Shown here: one piece after another, positions 58,801 to 64,000 of the stretch | Layout of the letters: each line of letters starts with the position of its first letter | Numbering within the stretch: position 1 is the stretch's first letter | Source: Alphaproteobacteria bacterium | GTDB taxonomy: Bacteria; Pseudomonadota; Alphaproteobacteria; MPNO01 | DNA length: 64,000 bases | Assembly (NCBI GenBank): GCA_965203455.1 | Contig: CBDBCV010000010.1 | Location: 99,425 to 163,424, forward strand | Direction of reading: 5' to 3' | Translations under genes and position numbers: made by a program | The notes under the pieces: model-generated | What the model was told of the DNA's origin: nothing | Database searches by the model: none | Seen by the model: only the letters and a program-made list of their open reading frames with translations

Positions 58801-59233
58801 CCGCGCGGCCATCCGCCAGGCCAAGGCCGCGCCGTGCCTCGACGAGCTGGAGCGGTGGCTGCAATCGCAGCTGCCCAGAATCTCCGCCAAGACCCCGCTG
58901 GCAGCGGCGATCCGTCATGCCCTGACCCGGATGAAGCGCCTTCGACCCTATCTCGAGCACGGCTTCCTCGAGATCGACAACAACCCCGCCGAACGCGCAA
59001 TGAGGCCGATCGCGCTCGGCCGCAAGAACTATCTCTTCATGGGCTCGGCCAGCGGCGGCAGGGCCGCCGCCATCGCCTACACCCTGATCGAGACCGCCAG
59101 GCTCAACGATGTCGATCCGCAGGCCTGGCTTGCTCAGGTCCTCGAACGCATCCCCGACTACAGGATCAACCGCATCGACGATCTGCTGCCGTGGAACACC
59201 GCGCCCGCAGAAGATCGGGAAGCCGCCGACTGA
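55837..59233 (+). CDS. tnpC: IS66 transposase TnpC split by the intron (exon 1 55837-56401, exon 2 58263-59233)
   Basis: Joined exons total 1536 nt (511 aa) and read KYCDH|LPLYRQS; CADC...CGGC zinc motif; ADDTPV, SDGY, DNNPAERAMR. Confidence 0.9.
56402..58262 (+). mobile_element. Group II intron, RmInt1-like (bacterial class D), 1861 nt
   Basis: 5' GTGTG; domain V GAGCCGTATGAG...GTTCACGTACGGTTC (58189-58222); domain VI with bulged A58256; RT ORF; removal restores the tnpC frame. Confidence 0.93.
56940..58199 (+). CDS. ltrA: Group II intron reverse transcriptase/maturase (no C-terminal endonuclease domain)
   Basis: 419 aa; GAAGVDG, RPLGIPTVTDRIAQ, SYGYRP, DIKGFFD, GTPQGGVISP, RYADD, FDFLGY, domain X GWIGYF. 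Confidence 0.95.
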   Translation: MTGAKPFPIAKREVWEAFKHVKANRGAAGVDGQTVESLEERLGPELYKLWNRMSSGSYMPPPVRRVNIPKEGGGKRPLGIPTVTDRIAQEVVRRHLEPLLEPIFHEDSYGYRPKRSAIDAIRTARRRCWRYDWVLDMDIKGFFDNIDHELLLKAVRHHTDCRWVLLYVERWLKAPVIEEDGTVVARDRGTPQGGVISPVLSNLFLHYAFDQWMKRSMPHVPFERYADDIICHCRTEEAAKTLWRRVADRLAECGLEVHPQKTKVVYCKDTNRKADYPTVAFDFLGYRFQPRFAAWRGGLFGVSFLPAASPTALKAFRRRVRQWRLQRRSDKALLDLARMFHREIAGWIGYFGAFYKSALYPTLRLIDAHLQRWAMRKFKRFRQRPRQARLWLARIAKAEPWRFAHWTLVHGQGRTLGAV

Positions 59234-59264
59234 CCACGCAGGGGCGGTCACGCCGGACGCTTAC

Positions 59265-60825
59265 GGTCCATCAGCTGGCGGCGGTGAACGAGGACAAGCG
59301 TGTTCGTCCCGCGCGCGGCGATGACCGAGGCCGCGACCACCGTCTTGCCGAAGCCGGTCGCCGCCGCGAGCACGCCGGTCTCGTGCGCCAGCAGCGCGGC
59401 AGCGGCGGATTTCTGCTCGGAGGTCAACGCGCCCAGAAAGGCGGTCTCCACCGGTCGACCCGGATTGCGCTCGTCGCGGACGTCGAGCCCGACACCGTGT
59501 TCCGCCAGCATCGACCCCATCTCGTCGCGGCAGCCGCGCGGCAGGGCCACGTGGTTCGGGAGCAGTTCGGCGCAGGCGACGATGCGCGGAATGCCCCAGG
59601 TCGACCGCCGCATCGCCTGGGCGGCATGGAAGGCCGGGTTCCGGAACGTAGCCAGACGCACCAGGCGGTCGACCAGACCCGGCGGCAGGCCGGCGCGCGG
59701 AACGTAAAGCCGGTCCGCCAGCACGGCCCCGATCCGCTCCGGCAGCGGTCCGGAGAGGGGCGGCAGGGCTCGGCGTCGCGACGGCGGCACGGCCCAAGGC
59801 TCTTCGCCACCGTCCGTTTCGGGGTCTTCCAGCGGGAGGCGCAGGCCGACGATCCGGCCCCGAAGGGCGGCCTCGCCGACGATCGCTTCCGCTTCCGCCT
59901 CCGGCAGGCGCCGCAGCGACGACAGATACGCCACTGGTCGGCATGGGGTTCGAGGTTCCCGTCGAGGAACACGCTGTTGCCGTCCGCGCGCGGCCGGCCC
60001 TGGAGGGGCAGCGCGATCAGGTTGCCGAACCCGCCCTCGGGCACCGTGTCCTGGCTCGGGAAGAACCGGTCGTAGGAACCGAACCCGATGTCCGGATGGC
60101 GGCGCCATCGCCTCGGTCAGCAGATGCGAGCCCAGCCGCCGCGCCCGCGCCGCGGACACCGGTTCGGCGAAGAAGAGCCAGACATGGCCGCCATGGCCCG
60201 AACGCGAACGCTCCAGCGCCGCCGGCACCCCCTTCGACCGGCAGGCGTCCAAGAAGGCCCCGGCGTCGCGGCGCCACGCCGCCTTGTCGAAGTCGGCCGC
60301 GAGGAACCGGCAGGTCCCGTCCGGAAGCAGGGGATAGACGCCGACGGTATGGCGGCCGCGCAGGTGGGCGGCGATTTCGGCGTTGGTCACCGGCAGGAAG
60401 GCCCGGTTGGGGCAGGCGCCGCAACGCACGCGCGGCTTGGCGCACAAGCCGGGCTTCCACTCGTTGGCGCAGGCCGGCGCGTAGCCGGCCTTGCCCGTCC
60501 GGGCATTCTCCCAGCGCCGCGGGAACACGTCCTCCCGGCCGGCAAACAGCGCGCGGAACAGCGCAATCTTCATATCCGGAGGCGAGCGGTCCGTCACCGG
60601 CATCCCGGCCGGATCGCGGTACGGCACGGCCGGGCGGGCCCGTTCCAGTTCCGCCAGCCGGGTCTCAAGGGACGCCCGCTCCTTGGCAAGGCCGGCAAGC
60701 CGGACGCGAATCCGCGCGGCCTCATCGGCCTCGTCCCAGCCGGTCGGGACGCTCCCGCCGCCGCCCGCCATGCCAGGCAGGTCGTGCTGCGCGGACGAAT
60801 CCGGAGCCGGCCGGCCGGCCGTCAT
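59265..60825 (-). pseudogene. AEP primase (TOTE-type) / SF2 helicase fusion, doubly frameshifted and truncated by IS66
   Basis: LFAGREDVF, four-Cys cluster, AADFD, ERSRSGHGGHVW, (shifted frame) YDRFFPSQD...GFGNLIALPLQG, Walker A AATGFGKT, LVLVHRRQL, then the IS66 end. Confidence 0.8.
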
Positions 60826-61688
60826 CCCGCCCCTTCTCCCGGTCCCGCAGGCCCCGCCTCCAGGCGGGCGGCAAGCCTGTCGGCACGCGGATTGCCCATG
60901 TCGCACAGGACGGCGACCGCGACTGGCGCGAATTCCGGGCGGCGCATCGCGCAGCGCCCGAGAGACACGATCGCCGCGTCGTCGCCGAGCGCGCCAAGCG
61001 CCTCGACGAGCGCGGTCGAGGGCGCGACCGTCAATTCGGCGATCGGCACGTCCCGGCCCGAGGCATCGCCCCGATGCGCCAGCGCGGCCGCCGCCAGGCG
61101 GATCGGAAGATCCCGGTCGGACAGCCCCTCCCGGAGCCGGGGCGCCGGTACCTTCGCTCCGGGCGCAAGGTCGAAGGCCGCCCGGCGCAACGCCGGGTCG
61201 TCATGGTCGGGAAAATCCGCGACGAAGGCGGCAGGAAGGACCACCCTGGCATCGGCGGTGGACCGCAGCGCAATCGGCAGCAGCGAGGCAGGCAGGCCCG
61301 CTGAAAGAACGATCCGCCTCAGCGCGGCCCGCGTCCCGGAACCCTCCAGCCGCGCCAGCGTCTCCAGCATGGCGCACTGTTCCCGCAGCGGCCGGTGGAT
61401 GCCGAAACCGTGAAATCGGCGCCAAAGCGCCTCCAGCGCCGGAACCGCCGCCGGCAGCGGCCGCGCGACGACCTCTGCGCACAGCGCGTCGATCTCCAAC
61501 GGCCCCGCCTCCGCAAACCGTCCGGCCAGTTCGTCGTCGCCGAGCGAGGCCGGCGCGGGTAGCCCCGGCCGGACCGGATGTTCCCGCCGGCTGCGGACAT
61601 CGGCCCGGCCGCGGCCGTCGAACAGATCCGGCTGGCGATCCGCCTCCAGGCAGTCCCCGGGCGAGGGGTCGGGCACAGGAACGGGCAT
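60822..61688 (-). CDS. HEAT-like repeat protein (start uncertain; frame open to 61844)
   Basis: DHDDPALRRAAFDLA, SDRDLPIRLAAAALAHRGD, LVEALGALGDD repeats; its TGA overlaps the ATG of the primase-helicase gene. Confidence 0.6.
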   Translation of the reverse strand: MPVPVPDPSPGDCLEADRQPDLFDGRGRADVRSRREHPVRPGLPAPASLGDDELAGRFAEAGPLEIDALCAEVVARPLPAAVPALEALWRRFHGFGIHRPLREQCAMLETLARLEGSGTRAALRRIVLSAGLPASLLPIALRSTADARVVLPAAFVADFPDHDDPALRRAAFDLAPGAKVPAPRLREGLSDRDLPIRLAAAALAHRGDASGRDVPIAELTVAPSTALVEALGALGDDAAIVSLGRCAMRRPEFAPVAVAVLCDMGNPRADRLAARLEAGPAGPGEGAG

Positions 61689-61913
61689 CGGCGAAGCATA
61701 TCCGGGAACCGCCGTTCGCCGCCACGACAACCTGACCGCCATGCGGACCACAACGCGCGTGAAGGTCGGGCAGGTCTCGAAACGGGCAATGCCGGTGTTG
61801 CACCCTTCAAGGCCGTCGGCGTCGTCTTTCGCGGCGGACTTCAATCTCCGCTGGCGCCGGCGGGGTCGGCGGCATAGGGTTCCGCCATGGCGATGTCGGA
61901 GGTTCGGGGTTCC

Positions 61914-62669
61914 ATGAAGAGGCTGGTCGCAGCATTCCTCCTTACCCTGCTGTCCTGTGCACCCGCGTTCGGCGGTGACGCGGCGCCGGAGAGGCTGCGC
62001 ATCGGCGTCGACCCCACCTACCCGCCGTTCAGCGAGGTCGACGATGCGGGCCGGCTCGCCGGCTTCGACATCGACATCGCCCGTGCGCTCTGCGCCCGTC
62101 TGGAAGCCGAATGCGCCTTCGTCCGCCGGGACTGGGAAGAGTTGATCCCGGCTCTGCGCGCCGGCCGCTTCGACGCCATCGTCTCCAGCATGTCGATCAC
62201 CGACAGGCGTCGGCGTCTGGTAGCTTTCACCGACCGCTACTACAGCAACGTCGTCCGCTTCGTGACCCGCAAGGACTCCGGTTTCGATCCCGCCGCGCCG
62301 GCGGGCGGGACCGTCGGCGCGGCGCGCGCCACCGTCGCCTCGGACTGGCTGGAAGCCAACCTGTCGAAGGTTGCCGCCATCCGGCTCTACGCCGGTCAGG
62401 ACGCGCTCATGCGGGATCTTGTCGATGGCCGGCTGGATGCGGTGTTCGGCGACAGCCTCGGCTTCTGGAGCTGGCTCGGGACCCCCGAAGGCGCCGGCTT
62501 CGCTTTCGTGGGCGACGGCTACCGTCTCGACGAGGGCATCGGCATCGCGGTGCGCAAGGAAGACGGCGCGCTTCGCAACCGGCTGAACCGGGCGCTTCGG
62601 TCGATCCTCGCCGACGGCGCCTACCGCAGGATCAACGCCCGGTATTTCCCGTTCGACATCTACCGGTAG
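61914..62669 (+). CDS. Polar amino-acid ABC substrate-binding protein (family 3), orphan
   Basis: Signal peptide, YPPFS, GFDIDIARALC, SMSITDRR, DLVDGRLDA, GIAVRK. Confidence 0.9.
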   Translation: MKRLVAAFLLTLLSCAPAFGGDAAPERLRIGVDPTYPPFSEVDDAGRLAGFDIDIARALCARLEAECAFVRRDWEELIPALRAGRFDAIVSSMSITDRRRRLVAFTDRYYSNVVRFVTRKDSGFDPAAPAGGTVGAARATVASDWLEANLSKVAAIRLYAGQDALMRDLVDGRLDAVFGDSLGFWSWLGTPEGAGFAFVGDGYRLDEGIGIAVRKEDGALRNRLNRALRSILADGAYRRINARYFPFDIYR

Positions 62670-62731
62670 ACGGCCGGCACAGGAGGTCCCGGGACGCCTG
62701 ACGGCCGGGCCGCTGGCGGTGTCGCTGGCGG

Positions 62732-62760
62732 TTGACGGGGTAGCGACCGGTCGCTATCTT
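62732..62760 (+). promoter_or_regulatory. TA promoter with palindromic operator
   Basis: TTGACG-N17-TATCTT; perfect 16-bp palindrome TAGCGACCGGTCGCTA (62741-62756) over the spacer and -10. Confidence 0.7.
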
Positions 62761-62766
62761 TCTGGC

Positions 62767-63060
62767 ATGAGATCGGTCGGGATCAAGGTTCTGAACAGCA
62801 AGCTGAGCGAATATGTCCGGCTTGCGGCGTCCGGCGAAACGATTCTCGTGACCGACCGCGATCAGGTCGTGGCGGAACTCGGCCCGCTGAGGGAATCCCG
62901 GAGCCCGATCCTCGCCGACGCCTTCCTGGCCGACGCGGTGCGCTCCGGCGTTCTCGCGCCGCCGGCGCTGTCCGGCTCGGGGATGCCGCCGAAGCCGCCG
63001 CCGGTCGCCATGTTGGACGATGTTCTGGCGGAGCTGGACGAAAGCCGGCGCGACCGGTGA
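62767..63060 (+). CDS. Phd/YefM-family antitoxin
   Basis: VGIKVLNSKLSEYVRLAASGETILVTDRDQVVAEL. Confidence 0.88.
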   Translation: MRSVGIKVLNSKLSEYVRLAASGETILVTDRDQVVAELGPLRESRSPILADAFLADAVRSGVLAPPALSGSGMPPKPPPVAMLDDVLAELDESRRDR

Positions 63061-63458
63061 TCTATCTCGACACGTCGGTCGCGCTTGCGCATCTCCTCAC
63101 CGAGGATCGACAGCCGCCGGTCTCGCTGTGGGACGAGACCCTGGTCTCCAGCCGGCTGCTGGAATACGAGATATGGACTGCGCTGCACGGGCGTGGGCTT
63201 GCCGAGTCGCATGGCGAGGCGGCCCGCGGGCTGCTCGGGCGGGTCGCGCTGCTGGAGCTGAGCCGGCGGGTTCTGGCGCGGGCGCTGGAGGCGTTTCCCG
63301 GCCCCGGTCCGTTGCGGACCCTCGACGCCCTGCATCTGGCGTCGTGCGCGTATCTGGCCGAGAACGGTCAGGAGGTGACGCTCGCGAGCCACGACCAGCG
63401 CATGACCGCCGTCGCCCGCGCCATGGGTATTCCGCTCTTCGATCGGGAAGGATCATGA
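63057..63458 (+). CDS. PIN-domain toxin (VapC-like)
   Basis: IYLDTSVAL, LEYE, LRTLDALHLAS, SHDQRM; GTGA overlap with the antitoxin. Confidence 0.9.
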   Translation: MIYLDTSVALAHLLTEDRQPPVSLWDETLVSSRLLEYEIWTALHGRGLAESHGEAARGLLGRVALLELSRRVLARALEAFPGPGPLRTLDALHLASCAYLAENGQEVTLASHDQRMTAVARAMGIPLFDREGS

Positions 63459-63535
63459 GTCGCGCGGCCGGCGATTTTTTGCCGATCATCCCCCTGGCGC
63501 GGCATGCCGTATGGCGCGACAATCTGGGTGAGAGC

Positions 63536-64000
63536 TGTGCGTCAATCAGGATGAGATTCCCGGCGGCAGCGGCGAGTTGATGATTGCCGCGCGGGGGGTG
63601 GATTGCAAGCGGTTTCCGGTTTTGATTGTCGCGGCGCGACAAGCAGTGTTTTCGGGAAGGGTTTTGATTGTCGCGGCAGGCCGTCGGGTCGGAGAAGAGA
63701 CGGCCCGCGGAGACGATCCCCGCGGGCCCTGATTGTCGTGGCCGCTCTACCTGAGCAGGCGGCGGCTCAGTCCTTGGTGTTTTTCTTGGTTGCGTAGCTT
63801 GGCGGCCGGCCGGCCTTTCGCTTGCCTCTGTCGAGAGCGGCGCGGCGGCGGTAGCTCTCGATGTTCATCTCGAGGATGGTGGCGTGGTGGACGAGGCGGT
63901 CGACGGCAGCCACCGCGGTTGTTTCGTCCGGGAACACCTTTCCCCACTCGCCGAAGGGCTGGTTTGCGGTGATGAGCAGGGATCGCCGCTCGTAGCGCGC
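63536..64000 (-). mobile_element. Right end of an IS21-family element (continues beyond window)
   Basis: istB 3' end; repeated GGTTTTGATTGTCGCGGC (63618-63635, 63660-63677) plus variants; probable TG terminus at 63536. Confidence 0.75.
63767..64000 (-). CDS. istB: IS21 helper ATPase IstB, C-terminal part (not in ORF track)
   Basis: Manual translation: ARYERRSLLITANQPFGEWGKVFPDETTAVAAVDRLVHHATILEMNIESYRRR...TKD*. Confidence 0.92.
   Translation of the reverse strand, partial: ARYERRSLLITANQPFGEWGKVFPDETTAVAAVDRLVHHATILEMNIESYRRRAALDRGKRKAGRPPSYATKKNTKD

Larger units (their letters stand above)
54952..59264 (+). mobile_element. IS66-family element carrying a group II intron
   Basis: IRs GTAAGCGTCTGGCGTGACCGCCC and GTAAGCGTCCGGCGTGACCGCCC (reverse complement ending 59264); tnpA-tnpB-tnpC order; no matching flanking duplication. 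Confidence 0.93.

Noticed and set aside
59248-60906. Track ORF taken as an intact 552-aa gene
   Set aside because: It contains a scrambled segment between compensating frameshifts and its last residues (RKRPA) come from the IS66 IR.

Overview
High-GC alphaproteobacterial chromosomal segment. The gene order dnaB-alr-mlaEF-radA-cvpA-purF, thrC-M16 peptidase, yqgE/dsbD/prx/rnhA/thrB/ispH and the split gcvPA/gcvPB suggest a Rhodospirillales-like host (inference). Housekeeping blocks alternate with catabolic/transport clusters: HpaB-family oxygenase, LLM monooxygenase, MFS pairs, a TRAP system with an amidohydrolase, and an acyl-CoA-ligase-flanked ABC operon. Other elements are a tandem glycine riboswitch, three palindromic REP-like repeats, two PIN-toxin TA modules and four IS elements: IS1182/IS5-like, IS3 (inside an MFS gene), IS66 and the end of an IS21. 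Strongest observations: (1) an RmInt1-like group II intron inside IS66 tnpC, with readable EBS1/IBS1 pairing and exact ORF restoration on splicing; (2) a HEAT-repeat gene translationally coupled to an AEP primase/SF2 helicase fusion that is frameshifted and cut by IS66; (3) an OprI/Lpp-like lipoprotein ending in Lys-Lys next to an L,D-transpeptidase; (4) an IS that separates two overlapping divergent promoters and supplies a new -35 box. No tRNA, rRNA or CRISPR array was seen. All family calls come from reading motifs by eye; no searches were run.
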